Assembly: GCA_964057225.1 (NCBI GenBank) | Contig: CAXKVF010000075.1 | Span: 1 to 64,000, forward strand | Length of the DNA stretch: 64,000 nucleotides | Reading direction: 5' to 3' | Origin: Auanema rhodensis | Taxonomy: Eukaryota > Animalia > Nematoda | Shown: piece after piece, positions 43,001 through 58,000 of the stretch | Numbering within the stretch: the first letter of the stretch is position 1 | Layout of the letters: each line of letters begins with the position of its first letter | Notes under the pieces: generated by a model | Database searches by the model: none | Seen by the model: only the letters and a program-made list of their open reading frames with translations | What the model was told of the DNA's origin: nothing | Translations under genes and position numbers: made by a program

Positions 43001-45680
43001 ATTAGCATAAATTAAAGTTCACGTAAATTTCAAAGTCATGGTTACCATGCACCAATATCAATAAAAATTTGTTTTTAGACTAATATGGACATGGGGAATC
43101 TAATTTTGAAAACCGCATCTCTTTATCTTTCACGTGAAGCGAGTTACATACCAAGTGCACATCACGTGTACATTTAATTAGCATAAATTAAAGTTCACGT
43201 AAATTTCAAAGTCATGGTTACCATGCACCAATGTCAATAAAAATTTGTTTTTAGACTAATATGGACATGGGGAATCTAATTTTGAAAACCGCATCTCTTC
43301 ATCTTTCACGTGAAGCGAGTTACATACCAAGTGCACATCACGTGTACATTTAATTAGCATAAATTAAAGTTCACGTAAATTTCAAAGTCATGGTTACCAT
43401 GAACCAATATCAATAAAAATTTGTTTTTAGACTAATATGGACATGGGGAATCTAATTTTGAAAACCGCATCTCTTTATCTTTCACGTGAAGCGAGTTACA
43501 TACCAAGTGCACATCACGTGTACATTTAATTAGCATAAATTAAAGTTCACGTAAATTTCAAAGTCATGGTTACCATGCACCAATATCAATAAAAATTTGT
43601 TTTTAAACTAATATGGACATGGGGAATCTAATTTTGAAAACCGCATCTCTTTATCTTTCACGTGAAGCGAGTTACATACCAAGTGCACATCACGTGTACA
43701 TTTAATTAGCATAAATTAAAGTTCACGTAAATTTCAAAGTCATGGTTACCATGCACCAATATCAATAAAAATTTGTTTTTAGACTAATATGGACATGGGG
43801 AATCTAATTTTGAAAACCGCATCTCTTTATCTTTCACGTGAAGCGAGTTACATACCAAGTGCACATCACGTGTACATTTAATTAGCATAAATTAAAGTTC
43901 ACGTAAATTTCAAAGTCATGGTTACCATAAACCAATATCAATAAAAATTTGTTTTTAGACTAATATGGACATGGGGAATCTAATTTTGAAAACCGCATCT
44001 CTTTATCTTTCACGTGAAGCGAGTTACATACCAAGTGCACATCACGTGTACATTTAATTAGCATAAATTAAAGTTCACGTAAATTTCAAAGTCATGGTTA
44101 CCATGAACCAATATCAATAAAAATTTGTTTTTAGACTAATATGGACATGGGGAATCTAATTTTGAAAACCGCATCTCTTCATCTTTCACGTGAAGCGAGT
44201 TACATACCAAGTGCACATCACGTGTACATTTAATTAGCATAAATTAAAGTTCACGTAAATTTCAAAGTCATGGTTACCATGCACCAATATCAATAAAAAT
44301 TTGTTTTTAGACTAATATGGACATGGGGAATCTAATTTTGAAAACCGCATCTCTTTATCTTTCACGTGAAGCGAGTTACATACCAAGTGCACATCACGTG
44401 TACATTTAATTAGCATAAATTAAAGTTCACGTAAATTTCAAAGTCATGGTTACCATGCACCAATGTCAATAAAAATTTGTTTTTAGACTAATATGGACAT
44501 GGGGAATCTAATTTTGAAAACCGCATCTCTTCATCTTTCACGTGAAGCGAGTTACATACCAAGTGCACATCACGTGTACATTTAATTAGCATAAATTAAA
44601 GTTCACGTAAATTTCAAAGTCATGGTTACCATGAACCAATATCAATAAAAATTTGTTTTTAGACTAATATGGACATGGGGAATCTAATTTTGAAAACCGC
44701 ATCTCTTTATCTTTCACGTGAAGCGAGTTACATACCAAGTGCACATCACGTGTACATTTAATTAGCATAAATTAAAGTTCACGTAAATTTCAAAGTCATG
44801 GTTACCATGCACCAATATCAATAAAAATTTGTTTTTAGACTAATATGGACATGGGGAATCTAATTTTGAAAACCGCATCTCTTCATCTTTCACGTGAAGC
44901 GAGTTACATACCAAGTGCACATCACGTGTACATTTAATTAGCATAAATTAAAGTTCACGTAAATTTCAAAGTCATGGTTACCATGAACCAATATCAATAA
45001 AAATTTGTTTTTAGACTAATATGGACATGGGGAATCTAATTTTGAAAACCGCATCTCTTCATCTTTCACGTGAAGCGAGTTACATACCAAGTGCACATCA
45101 CGTGTACATTTAATTAGCATAAATTAAAGTTCACGTAAATTTCAAAGTCATGGTTACCATGCACCAATATCAATAAAAATTTGTTTTTAGACTAATATGG
45201 ACATGGGGAATCTAATTTTGAAAACCGCATCTCTTTATCTTTCACGTGAAGCGAGTTACATACCAAGTGCACATCACGTGTACATTTAATTAGCATAAAT
45301 TAAAGTTCACGTAAATTTCAAAGTCATGGTTACCATGCACCAATGTCAATAAAAATTTGTTTTTAGACTAATATGGACATGGGGAATCTAATTTTGAAAA
45401 CCGCATCTCTTCATCTTTCACGTGAAGCGAGTTACATACCAAGTGCACATCACGTGTACATTTAATTAGCATAAATTAAAGTTCACGTAAATTTCAAAGT
45501 CATGGTTACCATGCACCAATATCAATAAAAATTTGTTTTTAGACTAATATGGACATGGGGAATCTAATTTTGAAAACCGCATCTCTTCATCTTTCACGTG
45601 AAGCGAGTTACATACCAAGTGCACATCACGTGTACATTTAATTAGCATAAATTAAAGTTCACGTAAATTTCAAAGTCATG

Positions 45681-47088
45681 GTTACCATGCACCAATATCA
45701 ATAAAAATTTGTTTTTAGACTAATATGGACATGGGGAATCTAATTTTGAAAACCGCATCTCTTCATCTTTTACGTGAAGCGAGTTACATACCAAGTGCAC
45801 ATCACGTGTACATTTAATTAGCATAAATTAAAGTTCACGTAAATTTCAAAGTCATGGTTACCATGCACCAATATCAATAAAAATTTGTTTTTAGACTAAT
45901 ATGGACATGGGGAATCTAATTTTGAAAACCGCATCTCTTTATCTTTCACGTGAAGCGAGTTACATACCAAGTGCACATCACGTGTACATTTAATTAGCAT
46001 AAATTAAAGTTCACGTAAATTTCAAAGTCATGGTTACCATGCACCAATGTCAATAAAAATTTGTTTTTAGACTAATATGGACATGGGGAATCTAATTTTG
46101 AAAACCGCATCTCTTCATCTTTCACGTGAAGCGAGTTACATACCAAGTGCACATCACGTGTACATTTAATTAGCATAAATTAAAGTTCACGTAAATTTCA
46201 AAGTCATGGTTACCATGCACCAATATCAATAAAAATTTGTTTTTAGACTAATATGGACATGGGGAATCTAATTTTGAAAACCGCATCTCTTTATCTTTCA
46301 CGTGAAGCGAGTTACATACCAAGTGCACATCACGTGTACATTTAATTAGCATAAATTAAAGTTCACGTAAATTTCAAAGTCATGGTTACCATGCACCAAT
46401 GTCAATAAAAATTTGTTTTTAGACTAATATGGACATGGGGAATCTAATTTTGAAAACCGCATCTCTTCATCTTTCACGTGAAGCGAGTTACATACCAAGT
46501 GCACATCACGTGTACATTTAATTAGCATAAATTAAAGTTCACGTAAATTTCAAAGTCATGGTTACCATGCACCAATATCAATACAAATTTGTTTTTAGAC
46601 TAATATGGACATGGGGAATCTAATTTTGAAAACCGCATCTCTTCATCTTTTACGTGAAGCGAGTTACATACCAAGTGCACATCACGTGTACATTTAATTA
46701 GCATAAATTAAAGTTCACGTAAATTTCAAAGTCATGGTTACCATGCACCAATATCAATAAAAATTTGTTTTTAGACTAATATGGACATGGGGAATCTAAT
46801 TTTGAAAACCGCATCTCTTTATCTTTCACGTGAAGCGAGTTACATACCAAGTGCACATCACGTGTACATTTAATTAGCATAAATTAAAGTTCACGTAAAT
46901 TTCAAAGTCATGGTTACCATGCACCAATGTCAATAAAAATTTGTTTTTAGACTAATATGGACATGGGGAATCTAATTTTGAAAACCGCATCTCTTCATCT
47001 TTCACGTGAAGCGAGTTACATACCAAGTGCACATCACGTGTACATTTAATTAGCATAAATTAAAGTTCACGTAAATTTCAAAGTCATG
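45681..47088. repeat. 5-monomer higher-order repeat, homolog of the 17.3-19.1 kb block
   Basis: C91T at 45771 and 46651; A17G at 46049, 46401 and 46929. The offset from the 17-19 kb markers is 27984 bp (159 monomers). Confidence 0.8.
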
Positions 47089-50000
47089 GTTACCATGCAC
47101 CAATATCAATAAAAATTTGTTTTTAGACTAATATGGACATGGGGATTCTAATTTTGAAAACCGCATCTCTTCATCTTTCACGTGAAGCGAGTTACATACC
47201 AAGTGCACATCACGTGTACATTTAATTAGCATAAATTAAAGTTCACGTAAATTTCAAAGTCATGGTTACCATGCACCAATATCAATAAAAATTTGTTTTT
47301 AGACTAATATGGACATGGGGGATCTAATTTTGAAAACCGCATTTCTTTATCTTTCACGTGAAGCGAGTTACATACCAAGTGCACATCACGTGTACATTTA
47401 ATTAGCATAAATTAAAGTTCACGTAAATTTCAAAGTCATGGTTACCATGAACCAATATCAATAAAAATTTGTTTTTAGACTAATATGGACATGGGGAATC
47501 TAATTTTGAAAACCGCATCTCTTTATCTTTCACGTGAAGCGAGTTACATACCAAGTGCACATCACGTGTACATTTAATTAGCATAAATTAAAGTTCACGT
47601 AAATTTCAAAGTCATGGTTACCATGAACCAATATCAATAAAAATTTGTTTTTAGACTAATATGGACATGGGGAATCTAATTTTGAAAACCGCATCTCTTT
47701 ATCTTTCACGTGAAGCGAGTTACATACCAAGTGCACATCACGTGTACATTTAATTAGCATAAATTAAAGTTCACGTAAATTTCAAAGTCATGGTTACCAT
47801 GAACCAATATCAATAAAAATTTGTTTTTAGACTAATATGGACATGGGGAATCTAATTTTGAAAACCGCATTTCTTTATCTTTCACGTGAAGCGAGTTACA
47901 TACCAAGTGCACATCACGTGTACATTTAATTAGCATAAATTAAAGTTCACGTAAATTTCAAAGTCATGGTTACCATGAACCAATATCAATAAAAATTTGT
48001 TTTTAGACTAATATGGACATGGGGAATCTAATTTTGAAAACCGCATCTCTTTATCTTTCACGTGAAGCGAGTTACATACCAAGTGCACATCACGTGTACA
48101 TTTAATTAGCATAAATTAAAGTTCACGTAAATTTCAAAGTCATGGTTACCATGAACCACTATCAATAAAAATTTGTTTTTAGACTAATATGGACATGGGG
48201 AATCTAATTTTGAAAACCGCATCTCTTTATCTTTCACGTGAAGCGAGTTACATACCAAGTGCACATCACGTGTACATTTAATTAGCATAAATTAAAGTTC
48301 ACGTAAATTTCAAAGTCATGGTTACCATGAACCAATATCAATAAAAATTTGTTTTTAGACTAATATGGACATGGGGAATCTAATTTTGAAAACCGCATCT
48401 CTTTATCTTTCACGTGAAGCGAGTTACATACCAAGTGCACATCACGTGTACATTTAATTAGCATAAATTAAAGTTCACGTAAATTTCAAAGTCATGGTTA
48501 CCATGCACCAATATCAATAAAAATTTGTTTTTAGACTAATATGGACATGGGGAATCTAATTTTGAAAACCGCATCTCTTTATCTTTCACGTGAAGCGAGT
48601 TACATACCAAGTGCACATCACGTGTACATTTAATTAGCATAAATTAAAGTTCACGTAAATTTCAAAGTCATGGTTACCATGAACCAATATCAATAAAAAT
48701 TTGTTTTTAGACTAATATGGACATGGGGAATCTAATTTTGAAAACCGCATCTCTTTATCTTTCACGTGAAGCGAGTTACATACCAAGTGCACATCACGTG
48801 TACATTTAATTAGCATAAATTAAAGTTCACGTAAATTTCAAAGTCATGGTTACCATGCACCAATATCAATAAAAATTTGTTTTTAGACTAATATGGACAT
48901 GGGGAATCTAATTTTGAAAACCGCATCTCTTTATCTTTCACGTGAAGCGAGTTACATACCAAGTGCACATCACGTGTACATTTAATTAGCATAAATTAAA
49001 GTTCACGTAAATTTCAAAGTCATGGTTACCATGCACCAATATCAATAAAAATTTGTTTTTAGACTAATATGGACATGGGGAATCTAATTTTGAAAACCGC
49101 ATCTCTTTATCTTTCACGTGAAGCGAGTTACATACCAAGTGCACATCACGTGTACATTTAATTAGCATAAATTAAAGTTCACGTAAATTTCAAAGTCATG
49201 GTTACCATGAACCAATATCAATAAAAATTTGTTTTTAGACTAATATGGACATGGGGAATCTAATTTTGAAAACCGCATCTCTATATCTTTCACGTGAAGC
49301 GAGTTACATACCAAGTGCACATCACGTGTACATTTAATTAGCATAAATTAAAGTTCACGTAAATTTCAAAGTCATGGTTACCATGCACCAATATCAATAA
49401 AAATTTGTTTTTAGACTAATATGGACATGGGGAATCTAATTTTGAAAACCGCATCTCTTTATCTTTCACGTGAAGCGAGTTACATACCAAGTGCACATCA
49501 CGTGTACATTTAATTAGCATAAATTAAAGTTCACGTAAATTTCAAAGTCATGGTTACCATGCACCAATATCAATAAAAATTTGTTTTTAGACTAATATGG
49601 ACATGGGGAATCTAATTTTGAGAACCGCATCTCTTTATCTTTCACGTGAAGCGAGTTACATACCAAGTGCACATCACGTGTACATTTAATTAGCATAAAT
49701 TAAAGTTCACGTAAATTTCAAAGTCATGGTTACCATGAACCAATATCAATAAAAATTTGTTTTTAGACTAATATGGACATGGGGAATCTAACTTTGAAAA
49801 CCGCATCTCTTTATCTTTCACGTGAAGCGAGGTACATACCAAGTGCACATCACGTGTACATTTAATTAGCATAAATTAAAGTTCACGTAAATTTCAAAGT
49901 CATGGTTACCATGAACCAATATCAATAAAAATTTGTTTTTAGACTAATATGGACATGGGGAATCTAATTTTGAAAACCGCATCTCTTTATCTTTCACGTG

Positions 50001-53000
50001 AAGCGAGTTACATACCAAGTGCACATCACGTGTACATTTAATTAGCATAAATTAAAGTTCACGTAAATTTCAAAGTCATGGTTACCATGCACCAATATCA
50101 ATAAAAATTTGTTTTTAGACTAATATGGACATGGGGAATCTAATTTTGAAAACCGCATCTCTTTATCTTTCACGTGAAGCGAGTTACATACCAAGTGCAC
50201 ATCACGTGTACATTTAATTAGCATAAATTAAAGTTCACGTAAATTTCAAAGTCATGGTTACCATGAACCAATATCAATAAAAATTTGTTTTTAGACTAAT
50301 ATGGACATGGGGAATCTAATTTTGAAAACCGCATCTCTTTATCTTTCACGTGAAGCGAGTTACATACCAAGTGCACATCACGTGTACATTTAATTAGCAT
50401 AAATTAAAGTTCACGTAACTTTCAAAGTCATGGTTACCATGCACCAATATCAATAAAAATTTGTTTTTAGACTAATATGGACATGGGGAATCTAATTTTG
50501 AAAACCGCATCTCTTTATCTTTCACGTGAAGCGAGTTACATACCAAGTGCACATCACGTGTACATTTAATTAGCATAAATTAAAGTTCACGTAAATTTCA
50601 AAGTCATGGTTACCATGCACCAATATCAATAAAAATTTGTTTTTAGACTAATATGGACATGGGGAATCTAATTTTGAAAACCGCATCTCTTTATCTTTCA
50701 CGTGAAGCGAGTTACATACCAAGTGCACATCACGTGTACATTTAATTAGCATAAATTAAAGTTCACGTAAATTTCAAAGTCATGGTTACCATGAACCAAT
50801 ATCAATAAAAATTTGTTTTTAGACTAATATGGACATGGGGAATCCAATTTTGAAAACCGCATCTCTTTATCTTTCACGTGAAGCGAGTTACATACCAAGT
50901 GCACATCACGTGTACATTTAATTAGCATAAATTAAAGTTCACGTAAATTTCAAAGTCATGGTTACCATGCACCAATATCAATAAAAATTTGTTTTTAGAC
51001 TAATATGGACATGGGGAATCTAATTTTGAAAACCGCATCTCTTTATCTTTCACGTGAAGCGAGTTACATACCAAGTGCACATCACGTGTACATTTAATTA
51101 GCATAAATTAAAGTTCACGTAAATTTCAAAGTCATGGTTACCATGAACCAATATCAATAAAAATTTGTTTTTAGACTAATATGGACATGGGGAATCCAAT
51201 TTTGAAAACCGCATCTCTTTATCTTTCACGTGAAGCGAGTTACATACCAAGTGCACATCACGTGTACATTTAATTAGCATAAATTAAAGTTCACGTAACT
51301 TTCAAAGTCATGGTTACCATGCACCAATATCAATAAAAATTTATTTTTAGACTAATATGGACATGGGAAATCTAATTTTGAAAACCGCATCTCTTTATCT
51401 TTCACGTGAAGCGAGTTACATACCAAGTGCACATCACGTGTACATTTAATTAGCATAAATTAAAGTCCACGTAAATTTCAAAGTCATGGTTACCATGAAG
51501 CAATATCAATAAAAATTTGTTTTTAGACTAATATGGACATGGGGAATCTAATTTTGAAAACCGCATCTCTTTATCTTTCACGTGAAGCGAGTTACATACC
51601 AAGTGCACATCACGTGTACATTTAATTAGCATAAATTAAAGTTCACGTAAATTTCAAAGTCATGGTTACCATGCACCAATATCAATAAAAATTTGTTTTT
51701 AGACTAATATGGACATGGGGGATCTAATTTTGAAAACCGCATTTCTTTATCTTTCACGTGAAGCGAGTTACATACCAAGTGCACATCACGTGTACATTTA
51801 ATTAGCATAAATTAAAGTTCACGTAAATTTCAAAGTCATGGTTACCATGAACCAATATCAATAAAAATTTGTTTTTAGACTAATATGGACATGGGGAATC
51901 TAATTTTGAAAACCGCATCTCTTTATCTTTCACGTGAAGCGAGTTACATACCAAGTGCACATCACGTGTACATTTAATTAGCATAAATTAAAGTTCACGT
52001 AAATTTCAAAGTCATGGTTACCATGCACCAATATCAATAAAAATTTGTTTTTAGACTAATATGGACATGGGGAATCTAATTTTGAAAACCGCATCTCTTT
52101 ATCTTTCACGTGAAGCGAGTTACATACCAAGTGCACATCACGTGTACATTTAATTAGCATAAATTAAAGTTCACGTAAATTTCAAAGTCATGGTTACCAT
52201 GCACCAATATCAATAAAAATTTGTTTTTAGACTAATATGGACATGGGGAATCTAATTTTGAAAACCGCATCTCTTTATCTTTCACGTGAAGCGAGTTACA
52301 TACCAAGTGCACATCACGTGTACATTTAATTAGCATAAATTAAACTTCACGTAAATTTCAAAGTCATGGTTACCATGCACCAATATCAATAAAAATTTGT
52401 TTTTAGACTAATATGGACATGGGGAATCTAATTTTGAAAACCGCATCTCTTTATCTTTCACGTGAAGCGAGTTACATACCAAGTGCACATCACGTGTACA
52501 TTTAATTAGCATAAATTAAAGTTCACGTAAATTTCAAAGTCATGGTTACCATGCACCAATATCAATAAAAATTTGTTTTTAGACTAATATGGACATGGGG
52601 AATCTAATTTTGAAAACCGCATCTCTTTATCTTTCACGTGAAGCGAGTTACATACCAAGTGCACATCACGTGTACATTTAATTAGCATAAATTGAAGTTC
52701 ACGTAAATTTCAAAGTCATGGTTACCATGCACCAATATCAATAAAAATTTGTTTTTAGACTAATATGGACATGGGGAATCTAATTTTGAAAACCGCATCT
52801 CTTTATCTTTCACGTGAAGCGAGTTACATACCAAGTGCACATCACGTGTACATTTAATTAGCATAAATTAAAGTTCACGTAAATTTCAAAGTCATGGTTA
52901 CCATGAACCAATATCAATAAAAATTTGTTTTTAGACTAATATGGACATGGGGAATCTAATTTTGAAAACCGCATCTCTTTATCTTTCACGTGAAGCGAGT

Positions 53001-53952
53001 TACATACCAAGTGCACATCACGTGTACATTTAATTAGCATAAATTAAAGTTCACGTAACTTTCAAAGTCATGGTTACCATGCACCAATATCAATAAAAAT
53101 TTGTTTTTAGACTAATATGGACATGGGGAATCTAATTTTGAAAACCGCATCTCTTTATCTTTCAAGTGAAGCGAGTTACATACCAAGTGCACATCACGTG
53201 TACATTTAATTAGCATAAATTAAAGTTCACGTAAATTTCAAAGTCATGGTTACCATGAAGCAATATCAATAAAAATTTGTTTTTAGACTAATATGGACAT
53301 GGGGAATCTAATTTTGAAAACCGCATCTCTTTATCTTTCACGTGAAGCGAGTTACATACCAAGTGCACATCACGTGTACATTTAATTAGCATAAATTAAA
53401 GTTCACGTAAATTTCAAAGTCATGGTTACCATGCACCAATATCAATAAAAATTTGTTTTTAGACTAATATGGACATGGGGGATCTAATTTTGAAAACCGC
53501 ATTTCTTTATCTTTCACGTGAAGCGAGTTACATACCAAGTGCACATCACGTGTACATTTAATTAGCATAAATTAAAGTTCACGTAAATTTCAAAGTCATG
53601 GTTACCATGAACCAATATCAATAAAAATTTGTTTTTAGACTAATATGGACATGGGGAATCTAATTTTGAAAACCGCATCTCTTTATCTTTCACGTGAAGC
53701 GAGTTACATACCAAGTGCACATCACGTGTACATTTAATTAGCATAAATTAAAGTTCACGTAAATTTCAAAGTCATGGTTACCATGAACCAATATCAATAA
53801 AAATTTGTTTTTAGACTAATATGGACATGGGGAATCTAACTTTGAAAACCGCATCTCTTTATCTTTCACGTGAAGCGAGTTACATACCAAGTGCACATCA
53901 CGTGTACATTTAATTAGCATAAATTAAAGTTCACGTAACTTTCAAAGTCATG

Positions 53953-55360
53953 GTTACCATGCACCAATATCAATAAAAATTTGTTTTTAGACTAATATGG
54001 ACATGGGGAATCTAATTTTGAAAACCGCATCTCTTTATCTTTCACGTGAAGCGAGTTACATACCAAGTGCACATCACGTGTACATTTAATTAGCATAAAT
54101 TAAAGTTCACGTAAATTTCAAAGTCATGGTTACCATGCACCAATATCAATAAAAATTTGTTTTTAGACTAATATGGACATGGGGAATCTAATTTTGAAAA
54201 CCGCATCTCTTTATCTTTCACGTGAAGCGAGTTACATACCAAGTGCACATCACGTGTACATTTAATTAGCATAAATTAAAGTTCACGTAAATTTCAAAGT
54301 CATGGTTACCATGAACCAATATCAATAAAAATTTGTTTTTAGACTAATATGGACATGGGGAATCTAATTTTGAAAACCGTATCTCTTTATCTTTCACGTG
54401 AAGCGAGTTACATACCAAGTGCACATCACGTGTACATTTAATTAGCATAAATTAAAGTTCACGTAAATTTCAAAGTCATGGTTACCATGAACCAATATCA
54501 ATAAAAATTTGTTTTTAGACTAATATGGACATGGGGAATCTAATTTTGAAAACCGCATCTCTTTATCTTTCACGTGAAGCGAGTTACATACCAAGTGCAC
54601 ATCACGTGTACATTTAATTAGCATAAATTAAAGTTCACGTAACTTTCAAAGTCATGGTTACCATGCACCAATATCAATAAAAATTTGTTTTTAGACTAAT
54701 ATGGACATGGGGAATCTAATTTTGAAAACCGCATCTCTTTATCTTTCACGTGAAGCGAGTTACATACCAAGTGCACATCACGTGTACATTTAATTAGCAT
54801 AAATTAAAGTTCACGTAAATTTCAAAGTCATGGTTACCATGCACCAATATCAATAAAAATTTGTTTTTAGACTAATATGGACATGGGGAATCTAATTTTG
54901 AAAACCGCATCTCTTTATCTTTCACGTGAAGCGAGTTACATACCAAGTGCACATCACGTGTACATTTAATTAGCATAAATTAAAGTTCACGTAAATTTCA
55001 AAGTCATGGTTACCATGAACCAATATCAATAAAAATTTGTTTTTAGACTAATATGGACATGGGGAATCTAATTTTGAAAACCGTATCTCTTTATCTTTCA
55101 CGTGAAGCGAGTTACATACCAAGTGCACATCACGTGTACATTTAATTAGCATAAATTAAAGTTCACGTAAATTTCAAAGTCATGGTTACCATGAACCAAT
55201 ATCAATAAAAATTTGTTTTTAGACTAATATGGACATGGGGAATCTAATTTTGAAAACCGCATCTCTTTATCTTTCACGTGAAGCGAGTTACATACCAAGT
55301 GCACATCACGTGTACATTTAATTAGCATAAATTAAAGTTCACGTAACTTTCAAAGTCATG
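53953..55360. repeat. 4-monomer (704-bp) higher-order repeat, at least 2 copies
   Basis: C76T at 54380 and 55084; A163C at 53939, 54643 and 55347. Confidence 0.75.
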
Positions 55361-58000
55361 GTTACCATGCACCAATATCAATAAAAATTTGTTTTTAGAC
55401 TAATATGGACATGGGGAATCTAATTTTGAAAACCGCATCTCTTTATCTTTCACGTGAAGCGAGTTACATACCAAGTGCACATCACGTGTACATTTAATTA
55501 GCATAAATTAAAGTTCACGTAAATTTCAAAGTCATGGTTACCATGCACCAATATCAATAAAAATTTGTTTTTAGACTAATATGGACATGGGGAATCTAAT
55601 TTTGAAAACCGCATCTCTTTATCTTTCACGTGAAGCGAGTTACATACCAAGTGCACATCACGTGTACATTTAATTAGCATAAATTAAAGTTCACGTAAAT
55701 TTCAAAGTCATGGTTACCATGAACCAATATCAATAAAAATTTGTTTTTAGACTAATATGGACATGGGGAATCTAATTTTGAAAACCGCATCTCTTTATCT
55801 TTCACGTGAAGCGAGTTACATACCAAGTGCACATCACGTGTACATTTAATTAGCATAAATTAAAGTTCACGTAACTTTCAAAGTCATGGTTACCATGCAC
55901 CAATATCAATAAAAATTTGTTTTTAGACTAATATGGACATGGGGAATCTAATTTTGAAAACCGCATCTCTTTATCTTTCACGTGAAGCGAGTTACATACC
56001 AAGTGCACATCACGTGTACATTTAATTAGCATAAATTTAAGTTCACGTAAATTTCAAAGTCATGGTTACCATGCACCAATATCAATAAAAATTTGTTTTT
56101 AGACTAATATGGACATGGGGAATCTAATTTTGAAAACCGCATCTCTTTATCTTTCACGTGAAGCGAGTTACATACCAAGTGCACATCACGTGTACATTTA
56201 ATTAGCATAAATTAAAGTTCACGTAAATTTCAAAGTCATGGTTACCATGCACCAATATCAATAAAAATTTGTTTTTAGACTAATATGGACATGGGGAATC
56301 TAATTTTGAAAACCGCATCTCTTTATCTTTCACGTGAAGCGAGTTACATACCAAGTGCACATCACGTGTACATTTAATTAGCATAAATTAAAGTTCACGT
56401 AAATTTCAAAGTCATGGTTACCATGCACCAATATCAATAAAAATTTGTTTTTAGACTAATATGGATATGGGGAATCTAATTTTGAAAACCGCATCTCTTC
56501 ATCTTTCACGTGAAGCGAGTTACATACCAAGTGCACATCACGTGTACATTTAATTAGCATAAATTAAAGTTCACGTAAATTTCAAAGTCATGGTTACCAT
56601 GCACCAATATCAATAAAAATTTGTTTTTAGACTAATATGGACATGGGGAATCTAATTTTGAAAACCGCATCTCTTTATCTTTCACGTGAAGCGAGTTACA
56701 TACCAAGTGCACATCACGTGTACATTTAATTAGCATAAATTAAAGTTCACGTAAATTTCAAAGTCATGGTTACCATGCACCAATATCAATAAAAATTTGT
56801 TTTTAGACTAATATGGACATGGGGAATCTAATTTTGAAAACCGCATCTCTTCATCTTTCACGTGAAGCGAGTTACATACCAAGTGCACATCACGTGTACA
56901 TTTAATTAGCATAAATTAAAGTTCACGTAAATTTCAAAGTCATGGTTACCATGCACCAATATCAATAAAAATTTGTTTTTAGACTAATATGGACATGGGG
57001 AATCTAATTTTGAAAACCGCATCTCTTTATCTTTCACGTGAAGCGAGTTACATACCAAGTGCACATCACGTGTACATTTAATTAGCATAAATTAAAGTTC
57101 ACGTAAATTTCAAAGTCATGGTTACCATGCACCAATGTCAATAAAAATTTGTTTTTAGACTAATATGGACATGGGGAATCTAATTTTGAAAACCGCATCT
57201 CTTCATCTTTCACGTGAAGCGAGTTACATACCAAGTGCACATCACGTGTACATTTAATTAGCATAAATTAAAGTTCACGTAAATTTCAAAGTCATGGTTA
57301 CCATGCACCAATATCAATAAAAATTTGTTTTTAGACTAATATGGACATGGGGAATCTAATTTTGAAAACCGCATCTCTTTATCTTTCACGTGAAGCGAGT
57401 TACATACCAAGTGCACATCACGTGTACATTTAATTAGCATAAATTAAAGTTCACGTAAATTTCAAAGTCATGGTTACCATGAACCAATATCAATAAAAAT
57501 TTGTTTTTAGACTAATATGGACATGGGGAATCTAATTTTGAAAACCGCATCTCTTTATCTTTCACGTGAAGCGAGTTACATACCAAGTGCACATCACGTG
57601 TACATTTAATTAGCATAAATTAAAGTTCACGTAACTTTCAAAGTCATGGTTACCATGCACCAATATCAATAAAAATTTGTTTTTAGACTAATATGGACAT
57701 GGGGAATCTAATTTTGAAAACCGCATCTCTTTATCTTTCACGTGAAGCGAGTTACATACCAAGTGCACATCACGTGTACATTTAATTAGCATAAATTAAA
57801 GTTCACGTAAAATTCAAAGTCATGGTTACCATGCACCAATATCAATAAAAATTTGTTTTTAGACTAATATGGACATGGGGAATCTAATTTTGAAAACCGC
57901 ATCTCTTTATCTTTCACGTGAAGCGAGTTACATACCAAGTGCACATCACGTGTACATTTAATTAGCATAAATTAAAGTTCACGTAAATTTCAAAGTCATG